From the NCBI GenBank assembly GCA_963667785.2, contig CAXXMU010000006.1, forward strand, positions 1,120,001-1,184,000: DNA of 64,000 nt, given 5' to 3'. Positions 9,078 through 19,380 of this stretch are shown in pieces (position 1 is the first letter of the stretch; the number at the start of each line of letters is the position of its first letter). Origin of the DNA: Alphaproteobacteria bacterium. Its GTDB lineage: Bacteria; Pseudomonadota; Alphaproteobacteria; UBA828. The translations under genes and the position numbers were made by a program. The notes below the pieces were generated by a model. That model was not told the origin of the DNA and ran no database searches. It saw nothing but the letters and a program-made list of their open reading frames with translations.

Positions 9078-10885
9078 CGCACCCCGTTCCCGCCGGTGCG
9101 CTCGAGAAGCACATCGCCGTCCTCGGCAAGACCGGCTCCGGCAAGTCCAACCTCGCGAAGACGATTGCGGAGGATCTGCTCGCGCGCGGCGCCCGGGTCT
9201 GCGTGATCGACCCGACCGGGACCTGGTGGGGGCTCCGCCTCATGGCGGACGGCGAGACGCCCTCCGGCCATCCCATCGTCATCTTCGGCGGGCAGCACGC
9301 GGACCTGCCGGTCGCGGCCGCGCACGGCGAGCACATCGCGCGCGCCATCGGCACCTCGTCGACACCCGCCATCATCGACGCACGCGAGCTCAGCGTGGCC
9401 GACCGCACCACGTTCTTCACCGACTTCGCCGAGACGCTGGTTCGGGTCAACCGCGGCGCGCTCACGCTGATCGTCGATGAGGCGCACCTCTTCATGCCGC
9501 AGTCCGGCGCACGGGTGGGCGGCGGTGCGCCGAAGATGCTCCATGCCGGGAACAACCTGGTGAGTCTCGGGCGCGGCGTGGGGCTCCGCATCGTCCTGAT
9601 CTCACAGCGCCCGGCGAAGCTGCACAAGGACAGCCTCACCCAGGTCGAGACGCTGGTCGCCATGCGCCTGATCGCGCCGTAGGACCGCAAGGCGATCGGA
9701 GAGTGGATCGACGAATGGGCGTCGGGCCATGACGCGGCCGGCCTCACGGCATCCCTCCCCTCCCTGCCGACGGGCGATGCCTGGGTCTGGTCGCCGGAGA
9801 TCGACCACCTGGAGCGCGCGCACTGTCCGCTGGCCGCCACCTACGACAGCGGCCGCATCAGGGACCGGGAGACCCCGGACCTGCCGCCGATCGACGTGGC
9901 GGAGATCGCGGGCCGGCTCGAGAAGGCGGGCTCCGATCTTCTGGCCGATGACCCTAAACGGCTACGGCGCCTGATCGCGGACCTGGAGCGCAAGCTGCGG
10001 GAGAAGGCCGCCGCCGGCGTGGACGAGGCCGAGATCACGCGCCGGGTTTCGGCGGCGGTGGCGACGATCCATGACGGCTACGCCCGCCACACCTCGGAGG
10101 CGGGCGCCGCGCTCATGGAGATCTCCCGCGACCTGGGCACCCTGGCTGGGAGGCTCGACGCGGTGCGCGGCGTGCTCGTGTCAGAGGGCCCGCCGGCACC
10201 GACCAAGCCCCCGAAAGGTGCAAGTTCGGGGCCGAGTTCGTTTAGTAGGGGGCCGAGTTCGCCTAGTCCGGCGCCCGAAGATGCAAGTAACGGCCAGGAA
10301 GCTCCAAGTAGCCACTCCCAGCCGGGCACCGACCGGGCGCCCGCTGGTTCTTTGACGCGCAGAAAAAGCCCGTCAAACAACGAGCCGACCGGCCTCTCGG
10401 GCCCGCAGCAGCGCGTCATTGATGCGCTCGCGTGGCTGAGCAGCCTCGGCTTCGGCGAGCGGGCCAGCCGCATTCAGGTGGCGTTCCTGGCCCGGTACAA
10501 GCCCAAGGGCGGGTCCTTCAACAACACCCTGGGCTCGCTGCGCACGGGCGGCCTCATCGAGTACCCGTCGTCGGGCGAGGTCAAGCTGACCGGTGAAGGC
10601 CACAGGCTCGCGCGGCATCCCGACGTCCCGCTCACGGACGAAGCGCTGCACAAGGCGGTCATGGAGCGCCTCGACGGGCCGCAGCGGCGGGTCCTGCAGC
10701 CTCTGATCGACCGCTATCCCCTCGACATGACGGTCGAGGAACTTGCCGACGATGCCGGCTACGAGGCGGGCGGCGGATCCTTCAACAACACGCGCGGCAG
10801 CCTTCGGTCGCTGGGCCTCGTCGACTATCCGAGCCCCGGCCGGGTCGTGGCGCTGCCGGTGCTGTTCGCGAGCGGGGGGAGGTGA
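9074..10885 (+). pseudogene. HerA/DUF87-like ATPase with duplicated C-terminal winged-helix-like domain; one in-frame TAG at 9680-9682
   Basis: Walker A GKTGSGKS, Walker B LIVDEAH, SQRP; the frame continues past TAG to 10885; GGSFNNTxGSLR occurs twice. Confidence 0.8.
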
Positions 10886-11067
10886 CGATGCGCGCCATCA
10901 CGGACCGAGACCGGGCCATGTGCCGGGACCACGACTTTCCGAGCAGCGAGAGCTGCCTGCGGTTCATGGCGAAGCCGGCGCTGTTCCAGGTCTGCGCCGA
11001 CCTGGGCCGGGATGACGGCGCCGAGCGGTGCAAGAGCTTCATTCCGATGGAGGAGGCGACCGAATGA
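10882..11067 (+). CDS. small Cys-containing hypothetical protein
   Basis: GTGA overlap with upstream stop. Confidence 0.5.
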   Translation: MTMRAITDRDRAMCRDHDFPSSESCLRFMAKPALFQVCADLGRDDGAERCKSFIPMEEATE

Positions 11068-11159
11068 AAGCCTGGGCGATCGACATGCTGGCGCTGTTCG
11101 GCGTCGCCGTCGTGATGGTCGTCGTGATCCTCGCGGCGAGCGTGGTGGTGGGGCCGTAA
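11064..11159 (+). CDS. 31-aa single-TM peptide
   Basis: GGAGGAGG RBS, ATGA overlap, MKAWAIDMLALFGVAVVMVVVILAASVVVGP. Confidence 0.55.
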   Translation: MKAWAIDMLALFGVAVVMVVVILAASVVVGP

Positions 11160-11504
11160 GTGTCCCGGATGCCGAGCAAGCAGCGCCGCAAGCGGCGGAA
11201 CGCCCGGAAGGGCATGCGCGTCCACAAGCGCCGGAACAAGTGGCGGCGGCTCAAGGGAGCCGCGACCTGCGCTCGCGGCGCTCTCATCGTGGCCGCAGGC
11301 GGGGAAGTGCCGGGCTCTCTGCAAGCTCTCGCCGACGCGGCGCGCGCGATGCTGCGTGAGCAGCGGATCGAACCGGCGTTCGGCGATGCGCTGCCCATCG
11401 CTCAGATCAACGACCCGAGGCGTGGAGACGATCACGCCCGCGTGCTCGCCATGTTCGACCGAGCCATCGAGGCGGAAAAGGCGGCGGCCACACCCTCCGG
11501 CTAA
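11160..11504 (+). CDS. hypothetical basic protein
   Basis: ORF continuing the operon. Confidence 0.45.
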   Translation: MSRMPSKQRRKRRNARKGMRVHKRRNKWRRLKGAATCARGALIVAAGGEVPGSLQALADAARAMLREQRIEPAFGDALPIAQINDPRRGDDHARVLAMFDRAIEAEKAAATPSG

Positions 11505-11507
11505 AGC

Positions 11508-12731
11508 CTACGCCCCCAGGCTGGCGCGCCATTCGGCCATGGTCTTGTTGCCCTTGCTGCGGTTGCAGCCGGAGCAGAGAAGCTGGAGGTTGTCGGGGTG
11601 ATCGCTCCCGCCGCGCGAGCGGGGTAGCATGTGGTCCACGTCCATCACGCGGAAGGGGAAGTGCGTCTCGCAGCCGGCGCAGACGCCCTCCTGCTCGCCG
11701 TAGAGGCGATGCCGGTGCGTCCGGTAGTTTGGGAGGTCGCCCAGGTCCGTACGCTTGGGTGGCTCGGTGAGCGCCGTCGCGCCGCCCCACAGGCCGCGAT
11801 CCTCGGCGATCCGGTCGTTGACCAGCCTTATCGCCAGCGGCGACAGGTCGACGCCAGCCCAATGTCGGCCAAGGCGATCCGCCGCGACCAGGGCCGTCGC
11901 GCAGCCGCAGAAGGGATCGAAAACCATGTCGCCTTCATTGGAACTGGCGCGAATGATCCGGTCCAACAGCGCCAGCGGCTTCTGTGTCGGATACCCAAGC
12001 CGCTCCCTCGCCGCTGGCATCAGATATGGGATAGTCCACACATCGTCGATTTTCTCTTGATCGATCGTCATGTATTGCACCCGGCCGTCACCATCCTTGG
12101 CGTTGACGATCCGCTTTGTTTCCTTGTCCCAGACCCGTTTGAGGTATCTCTTCGGCTTGTCGAGTTTCTCGAAGACCGGAGAAAATTGGCCATCGGCTTC
12201 TGGGGAGGAGATGTAGAACAGCAAGCGATCTGAATTTCGCGTGAAGTGTTTCATCGCGGCCTTCTGGTACTTCTTGTAGCGCCAAACGATCTCGTTTCGG
12301 AACAATCCCCGTCCGAACACGCTGTCCATCAGCAGCTTCAGATAGTGGCTCGCGGTCGGGTCGCAGTGCAGATAGATCGAGCCTGTCGGCTTGAGCACCC
12401 GGCGCATCTCCAGCAGCCGCACGGCCATGAAGATCAGGTAGGACTGCATCCCCTTGCCGTGCGCCTGGCGCGCGGCCTCGATCACCGAGTAGGCCGCCGG
12501 GTTCCGGTCCGCCAGCTCGCCGTGCTCGTGCACGTCCACGTCGTCCAGCGTCCACGCGTCCTTGAACGCCGCGCCCGCCGCCTTGCTGCCGATGGGTGCC
12601 TCGTAGTGGCGGTTCGAGTTGAAGGGCGGGTCGAGGTAGATCAGATCGACGCAGGCATCGTTCATGCCGCGCATCACGGCGAGGTTGTCGCCGGTCCAGA
12701 CCGTGCCGCTCGCGAAATTGGGCTCGACCAT
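11508..12731 (-). CDS. N6/N4 DNA methyltransferase (beta class) fused to HNH endonuclease
   Basis: DPPF, YPTQKP, DPFCGCAT; C-terminal CAGC...DHMLPRSRGGSDHPDNLQLLCSGCN. Confidence 0.9.
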   Translation of the reverse strand: MVEPNFASGTVWTGDNLAVMRGMNDACVDLIYLDPPFNSNRHYEAPIGSKAAGAAFKDAWTLDDVDVHEHGELADRNPAAYSVIEAARQAHGKGMQSYLIFMAVRLLEMRRVLKPTGSIYLHCDPTASHYLKLLMDSVFGRGLFRNEIVWRYKKYQKAAMKHFTRNSDRLLFYISSPEADGQFSPVFEKLDKPKRYLKRVWDKETKRIVNAKDGDGRVQYMTIDQEKIDDVWTIPYLMPAARERLGYPTQKPLALLDRIIRASSNEGDMVFDPFCGCATALVAADRLGRHWAGVDLSPLAIRLVNDRIAEDRGLWGGATALTEPPKRTDLGDLPNYRTHRHRLYGEQEGVCAGCETHFPFRVMDVDHMLPRSRGGSDHPDNLQLLCSGCNRSKGNKTMAEWRASLGA

Positions 12732-12749
12732 GGATTGAGCGGCTGCTCG

Positions 12750-13334
12750 TCAGCCACCACCTCCGCACCGGATCGAGAACAGCGCCCAGGGCCACATGAG
12801 CTCCTCGTCCTCCGTGGCCGGCCGATCCCCCGGCGGGTCGAACACCAGCCAGAGCGGGCCCCGCCCGCCGATGGCGTGGCGCTTCCCGTCGGCCCGCGTC
12901 GCCAGCACCCAGTCATGCGCTCCGACCTCGGCCGCCGGAATCTCCGTGGCGAAGCCGTCGAGCGCGAGCGTGGTGACCGCCGCGCCGGCAGCGCAGCCCG
13001 CCGCCTCGAGCACGTCCGCGAGGCGCGGACCGGAGAAGTGGATGGGCTCGGGCCACCCCTCGTAGGCGATGACGATCTCGCGCGTACCGAGGCGGTCCAG
13101 CGTGGCCAGGTCGAATTCGACGGCGCGGTCGAACTCCTGCTCGTGGTAGGCGAAGAAGACATCGCGCACCGGGTCGAAGGGCGAGCGGTTGGCATGCGCG
13201 AGGTCGCCCGCCACGGTGAGAACCACGGCGCCGGTGGGCCTCGGCGGATCCGCGCTCGTCGCCGGGCCGGTGGCCGCGGCGACCGAAATACCAGCCAGCA
13301 GGACGGCGATCGCCGCCACAACGATGGTCCTCAT
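12750..13334 (-). CDS. periplasmic protein, molybdopterin-oxidoreductase-like domain
   Basis: Signal peptide; FSGPRLADVL, ALDGF, GGRGPLWLVF. Confidence 0.65.
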   Translation of the reverse strand: MRTIVVAAIAVLLAGISVAAATGPATSADPPRPTGAVVLTVAGDLAHANRSPFDPVRDVFFAYHEQEFDRAVEFDLATLDRLGTREIVIAYEGWPEPIHFSGPRLADVLEAAGCAAGAAVTTLALDGFATEIPAAEVGAHDWVLATRADGKRHAIGGRGPLWLVFDPPGDRPATEDEELMWPWALFSIRCGGGG

Positions 13335-13449
13335 GGGATCCCCGCTCCCCGCCCGCCCGTTGCCATTCCGGCGATGGAGCATATGATGGCGGCCACGCCA
13401 GTCAAGGACGGTCGCCAAGGGCTGGTTCCAGAAGACTAGGAGAGAGCCG

Positions 13450-13749
13450 ATGCACGTCGTCGCTTTCGTGACACACAAGCCGGGACGGGTCGAAGCAGGC
13501 AGCGAGCTTCAGGGTGGCTACACCGACTATCTGCGCGAGCATCCTGATCATCCCGACGTTGTCGTTCACAACGGCGGCCCGACACTCGACGATGCCTCGG
13601 AGTCCATCGTCGGCCTGCTCCTGATCGCCGAGGCGCCTTCTCTCGAGGCGGTACGGGCATTCCTGGCGGACAGTCCTTATGGCAAGGCGGACGTCTTCGC
13701 CGACGTTCAGGTCCGGCCGTGGGAGTGGAGGACGGGTCGTCCCGGCTAG
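13450..13749 (+). CDS. YciI-family protein
   Basis: GGPTLDD..GLLLI..FLADSPY..ADVF. Confidence 0.7.
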   Translation: MHVVAFVTHKPGRVEAGSELQGGYTDYLREHPDHPDVVVHNGGPTLDDASESIVGLLLIAEAPSLEAVRAFLADSPYGKADVFADVQVRPWEWRTGRPG

Positions 13750-13789
13750 CGCCGGGAAGCTCCTGCTCCTTCACCCGAAAGGCATGCAG

Positions 13790-14284
13790 ATGATGCGCAA
13801 GATCGCGCTGGCCGTTGCTGCGATGGGATTCGTGCTCGGGGCTCATGGCGCGGTCGCCGAGGAAAGCGGCGGCTTCCGCCTGCTCGGGAGCCTGACCTAC
13901 GACTACATGACGATCGACCATGCTGGCGGCACTGTTACAGGGGGTCCGTTGGAGGGAACGGTCACCGTGATCGAGAGCACGGGTGCTCCGTTCATCGAGG
14001 GTGCCGACAGCCTCGCGACGTGCCTGGCTCTGGCGAAGATGTCGGACGCGGGTGCTGACATCGACTCATACTGCACGATGGCGGACGCCTCGGGGGATAA
14101 CTGGTATTCGATGGCGAAGAGAGTCGCCGGCGACATCCGCGAGGGCGGCGGCGGCCCCGGGCGATGGGAGCTGATGGGCGGCACCGGAAAGTATGCCGGG
14201 ATCTCGGGGGCCTGCTCCTACGTCACCGAGTACCTGCCGGAGAATCATCTCGTCTCGACCCTGGACTGCACCTGGGAGAGATAG
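13790..14284 (+). CDS. secreted beta-rich hypothetical protein
   Basis: Signal peptide; GGTGKYAGISG motif. Confidence 0.7.
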   Translation: MMRKIALAVAAMGFVLGAHGAVAEESGGFRLLGSLTYDYMTIDHAGGTVTGGPLEGTVTVIESTGAPFIEGADSLATCLALAKMSDAGADIDSYCTMADASGDNWYSMAKRVAGDIREGGGGPGRWELMGGTGKYAGISGACSYVTEYLPENHLVSTLDCTWER

Positions 14285-14306
14285 ACAGGGCCGTCGAGGC
14301 GGAACC

Positions 14307-14486
14307 ATGACCGACCGTGACGAGCGGTTGCAGCCCGTCTGCCCCGTGTGTGGGGCCAGGGCCGACGATGACCCGCTGCCGTGCCATGCGGGCTATGTGG
14401 ATGCCCTGACCTGCCCGGCCTTCCCCGATGACGTCGGCGAGGCCGGGGGAGGGAAGCTGATCGAGCCGAAGGAGCGCCAGACGTAG
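14307..14486 (+). CDS. small hypothetical protein (CxxC)
   Basis: Short ORF with plausible RBS. Confidence 0.35.
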   Translation: MTDRDERLQPVCPVCGARADDDPLPCHAGYVDALTCPAFPDDVGEAGGGKLIEPKERQT

Positions 14487-14593
14487 CCGACGCCAGGGCG
14501 ATGGGTAGGGCCCTGGGTCGAAGGGCGCGCGGCTGGAGCTCGCTAGTTCGCCTGCCACGGCGAGTGCCACGAAATTGCGGTACGTGGAGAAGC

Positions 14594-14713
14594 CAAAAGC
14601 CTCCGCCGTACGGCGGAGGCTTTTGATGCCGGTGGGTGATCCTGGGACACCGAGCCCGCACGAAGGATCGATTTGCTGCGAAAAGGAAACCGACCGCTTC
14701 TCGATTTGCTACG
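14594..14713 (-). ncRNA. tracrRNA (type II-C)
   Basis: 19-nt exact anti-repeat at 14694-14712, internal hairpins, terminal AAAAGCCTCCGCCG-ta-CGGCGGAGGCTTTT hairpin; divergent from cas9. Confidence 0.9.
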
Positions 14714-14752
14714 GGGACGATGTTAGCGTGAGGCACGAACAAAGCAAGGGGA

Positions 14753-17700
14753 ATGACTCGCGTGCCGCTCGTATTCGGCCTCGACATCGGCACAACCTCG
14801 GTCGGCTTCGCCGTGATCGACCACGATGTCGAGCACGCCACAGGACACATCCGTCGTCTCGGCGTGCGAATCTTCCCGGAAGCCCGCGATCCGAAGGGCG
14901 TGCCGCTGAACCAGGAGCGGCGGCAGGCGCGTCTTCGTCGCCGTCAATTACGCCGCCGGCGAGAGCGCCGGCGCTTGCTCGCCGACCTGCTGTGCGACGC
15001 GGAGCATACTCCCGATCCGGCGGATCACGCCGAGTCAAGGACGAGTCGCCAATGAAGCTGGTTCCAGAAGATCTCCGGAGAGAGCGCGTTTGCACGTCGT
15101 CGCTCTCTCGTCGACACAGCGAAGCCGGGACGGGTCGATCTAGCATCTGGCCCAGCGCCGGCACTTCAAGGGTGCGGGACTATCGACCAGACTATCTGAC
15201 GATGCCGATGGCGCATCCTGATCGATCGCGGACGACAAGTTGTCGTTCATCAGCGCGAGAGGAGCCCGTTCAGGCATCGAAGATGCCTCGGCAAGTCCAC
15301 TCGTGCCTGGCCTGGCGGAACGCTGATCGCACGAGCGCAAACGCGGCGAGCACGTCTCGCGGGCGACTGTGGAGAACGAGTTTGACGATGTCCTGGGGCC
15401 GACAGCCCTTCCGAGGGATTTCCGGGAGCAAGTTCGCGGCACGATCTTCAGCCGAGCGTTCAGGTCTTCTGGCGCATGAACACGCTAGGAGGACGTGCCG
15501 CTTCGTCCCGAGCGCTAGCGCCTGTGCCCGAAGGGCTCCTGGCTCCTTCACCCGCAAAGGCGGATGCTGGAGAAGCTGATACAATCTGGAGATCGCGGCT
15601 GGCAACCAACGTTTGCTGCGATAACGAAGATTCGTGCTCGGGGCTCATGGCGCAAGCTGCAAACGCAGGAAAGTCGATGCGGCTTGGGGCGGTGCTCGGG
15701 AGCGGCTGACTCTAGCCGCTCTACATGACGATCGACGAACCGGCGGGGAAAGGCGGCTGAAGTTCAACCAGGAGGAAGTCCGTTGAGAGAGGAAACTACT
15801 CGGTCAATCCGTGCTCGAGAGCCAAACGGGCTGGCCCCGTTCATCGGACGGGTGGCATGACTAGCCTCGCGAGCAGTGCATCAGGGCTGCCGTGCACGAA
15901 GATGTCTGGCACGCCGGGTACGCTGACAGTCGACTCATACTGCACGATGGTCGGGACGCCTCGGCGGCGACAACTGGTAGCTTCGCATGGCGAAGAGGCA
16001 GCGCGCCGCTTCGCGGAGAATTCGGCGTTTCTGAGCAGCGGGGGCGCGCAACCCGGGCGCATGGGAGCTGATGGGCGGCACCGGAACCGTACTCGCTCGA
16101 GGATCTCGGGGGCCATGCTGCCTACGTCACTGGAGGTAGGCCTGCGGTTCGAATCATCTCGTCAACGGTCCGAATTGGGAAGGCTGGCGGACCTGGAGAC
16201 GATCCCGGACAGCGAAACCGTCCCCACAGGCGGAAATCCATAGACCGCTTGCCGTGCCCAACCGAGCAAGGAAGCAGCCCCGTCTGCATCGCCTTGCTGC
16301 GCAACCCCACGGTGGCGCGTACGACAGACCCGAACTGCGCAAGGTCGTCAACAATCTGATCGGGCTATGTTCGGCATGCCGGATCTGATCCTGCCCGGCC
16401 TTGACACCCGATGACGGCCTGGCGAGGCGGGAGCGCGAGGAAAAGCCGTCCCGCATCCGCCGCCAGGAACCGCGTCGGAACTCGTGCTCGTGATAGGCGC
16501 TCCAGCAAGACGGGTTCGCGGAACCGGATCCCGCGCGGATGTCGAGAAATGGATGCTCTGGGAGGAGTGCGGCCACCGCTGTCCGTACACCGGAGACACG
16601 ATTTCATTCGACGCCCTGTTCCGCACCGGGGACTTCGAGGTCGAACACATCTGGCCGAGATTCCGCTCGCTCGACAACAGCTTCATGAACAAGACCCTCT
16701 GCCGCAAGGACGTAAACCTCCGAAAGGGCAACCAGACCCCATATGAGCTCTTTCGAAGCAACGAGGAAGAATGGGCTGCACTTGCCAACCGGCTGGCCGG
16801 CATGAAGGCCGCCAGGGGTGGAACGGGCATGTCTCCCGGCAAGATCAGGCGGTTCCTGGCGCCCTCCATCCCGGAGAATTTCGCCACGCGGCAACTGAAC
16901 GACACCGGTTACGCTGCGCGTGAGGCGGTCGCCTATCTCAAGAAGCTGTGGCCGGACCAGGGACCGGAAGCGCCCGTGAAGGTCTTCGCCGTATCCGGCC
17001 GCGTGACGGGGCACCTTCGCCGGTTGTGGCGCCTGAACAACATTCTGGCCGAAGACGGCGAGAAGACCCGCGCTGATCACCGCCATCACGCGATCGATGC
17101 GCTGACGGTCGCGTGCTGCCACCCGGGGATGACGCAGAAACTCTCCCGATATTGGCAGGAAGAGGACGATCCTCGCGCGCCGCAGCCGCACCTTCCCCCG
17201 CCCTGGGAAACGATTCGAAGCGACGCCGAACGGGTGGCCGCGGCCATCGTCGTGTCCCATCGGGTTCGCAGGAAGGTCTCCGGGCAGCTGCACAAGGAGA
17301 CGATCTACGGCGACACCGGCGAGGAAATCACGGGCGGACGCGGAACGACATACCGCTATTTCGTCCGCCGCAAACCCGTCGAAGAATTGAAGAACTCCGA
17401 GTCCGAGCGCTTCAACGGAACCAGGATCATCGACATCGTCGATGACGGCGTGCGCGACATCGTCCACGGATGGGTCGACAAGCATGGCGGCGATCCCGGC
17501 GCGGCGTTCGTGGACGGCTATCCCAAACGGGGCAGGAAAGGCCCCGAAATCCGCAAGGTCCGCCTGCGCGTAAAGCAGCAGATCGAGCTGATGACGAAAG
17601 CCTCCACGGGCTATGCCGACCTGGGCAACAATCATCACATCGCGATCTACCGGCTGGGCGACGGAGCCGTCGACTACGAGGTGGTCAGCCTGCTGGAGGC

Positions 17701-18031
17701 CTCGCGCCGCAAGGCGCGGCACGAGCCCGTCGTCCGGCGGGATCGCGGCGACGGTGCGCAGTTCGTGATGTCGCTGTCTCCCGGTGAAATCGTTGAATTG
17801 CGGCAAAGCAAAGAGGCCGGATTATGGGTCATGCAGGGGATCAAATCTTCCGGTCGCCCTGTTCTCGCGAGAATCAACGACGCACGTCCTACATCAGGAA
17901 CGGAGGCCGGCAGACTGCGAATGGACGGCAAACGGGAAACATTCGAGCCTCGCTTCGGCGGATTCATGAAGAGAGATCCCAAGAAACTATCGGTAGATCC
18001 CATCGGACGCGTACGTCCGGCCAACGACTGA
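14753..18031 (+). pseudogene. cas9: type II-C Cas9; reading frame destroyed ~15000-16540 in this assembly
   Basis: RuvC-I GLDIGTTSVG and Arg-rich bridge helix; HNH CPYTG..EVEHIWP..NK; RQLNDT; DHRHHAIDA; total span ~3.28 kb fits a compact Cas9. Confidence 0.9.
15001..16260 (+). other. scrambled segment: noisy direct copy of ~13376-14390 interleaved with cas9 sequence
   Basis: Collinear words from the yciI region (gctggttccagaaga, tgcacgtcgtcgct, cgactcatactgcacgatgg, atgggagctgatgggcggcaccggaa) mixed with Cas9 codons (HLAQRRHFKG at 15144). Confidence 0.85.
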
Positions 18032-18043
18032 GCGTGCCCGGCG

Positions 18044-18981
18044 ATGATCCGCAAGACCATCGAGTTCTCGACGCCCGGCACGCGGCTCTCAGTCGCCAAC
18101 AGCCAGCTCGTGGTCGAGCGGCCCGACCTGCCGAAAGCGACCCTTCCCATCGAGGATCTCGGCGTGGTCATCGTGGACGACGTCCGGGCAACCTACACGC
18201 AGTCCGTCTTTCTCTCGCTTCTGGAAGCCGGCGCCACAGTGCTGGTCACGGGCCGCGATCACTTGCCCGCGGGAATGATGCTTCCGCTCGATGCCCATCA
18301 CGTTCAGACCGAACGTCACCGTGCCCAGGTCGAGACCAGCGCGCCGGTTCGCAAACGCGTCTGGCAGGCGATCGTGCGGGCTAAGATCGTTCAGCAGGCC
18401 ACCGTGCTCTCCCATTTCACCGGAAGTCACGGGGGGCTCGTTCCGATGGCGCGCCGGGTCCGTTCGGGCGATCCGGACAACCTCTTGAAGCCCAGGCTGC
18501 GCAGAGATACTGGCCGCGCCTGTTCGGCAAGACGTTCCGCCGCGACCGCGAAGCCGATGGTGTGAATGCACTCCTGAACTACGGCTACGCGGTCGTTCGG
18601 GCCGCCGTGGCGCGCGGCGTGGTGGCGGCCGGATTGATTCCCTCTCTCGGTGTCCACCATCGGCATCGCGGCAATCCGTTCTGTCTGGCGGACGATCTGC
18701 TGGAACCGTACCGCCCTTACGTCGACTGGCGGGTCCGCCAAATGGCCGGGGAGGACGGAGAGTCGCCGCCCGATCTGGAGGAGCGCGAAACTCGCGCCGC
18801 CCTCCTTTCGCTGCTCAACGAAACCGTCCACGTAGGCGGTCGTCGGGAGCCATTGCTGCTTGCCCTCCAGACCAGTGCGGCCTCCCTGTGCCGGACGCTC
18901 ACCGGCGGCGACCGCACCCTGGCGCTTCCGGAAGGACTCCCGGTGGAGCCCGATCTGGTCGATGCCGCCGAGATCGGTTGA
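18044..18981 (+). pseudogene. cas1: type II Cas1, frameshift near 18485
   Basis: PIEDLGVVIVD, RSGDPDNL / EAQAAQRYW frame switch, NALLNYGY, NPFCLADDLLEPYRP. Confidence 0.9.
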
Positions 18982-19331
18982 GCCCGCTGGAGGGGGTGAA
19001 GACACTTCCATGGGGCTGGCGCACGATGTGGGTAATCGCGATGTTTGACCTGCCCACGGACACGCCGAAGGCCCGCAAGGCCTATGCGCGGTTTCGCAAG
19101 GATCTGCTCAACGACGGCTTCACGATGATGCAGTACTCGGTCTACATTCGGCACTGTGCATCGATCGAGAACGCCAGGGCTCACGCGGCCAGAATGGGGC
19201 GCCGCGTTCCGTCCGCGGGAGAGGTTCGATTCCTGACGATCACCGACAAACAGTTCGGCCGCATGGAGACCCACGTCGGGAAAACCCGAAGCGCGCCGCC
19301 GAGTCCGCCCGCCCAACTGGAGTTTTTCTGA
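18978..19331 (+). CDS. cas2: Cas2
   Basis: MWVIAMFDLPT, GFTMMQYSVY, ITDKQF; start uncertain (18978/18996/19026). Confidence 0.92.
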   Translation: MSPLEGVKTLPWGWRTMWVIAMFDLPTDTPKARKAYARFRKDLLNDGFTMMQYSVYIRHCASIENARAHAARMGRRVPSAGEVRFLTITDKQFGRMETHVGKTRSAPPSPPAQLEFF

Positions 19332-19380
19332 CCAGGGGGCGGACGAAAACGACGTACATTCAGTACCCTACGCCACGGCG

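Noticed and set aside
9680-9682. Genome-wide amber recoding
   Set aside because: Many neighbouring genes end normally in TAG; single occurrence
15056-16480. ORFs in the scrambled cas9 interior, or an inserted mobile element
   Set aside because: No transposase or terminal repeats; the sequence is a blend of two local sequences
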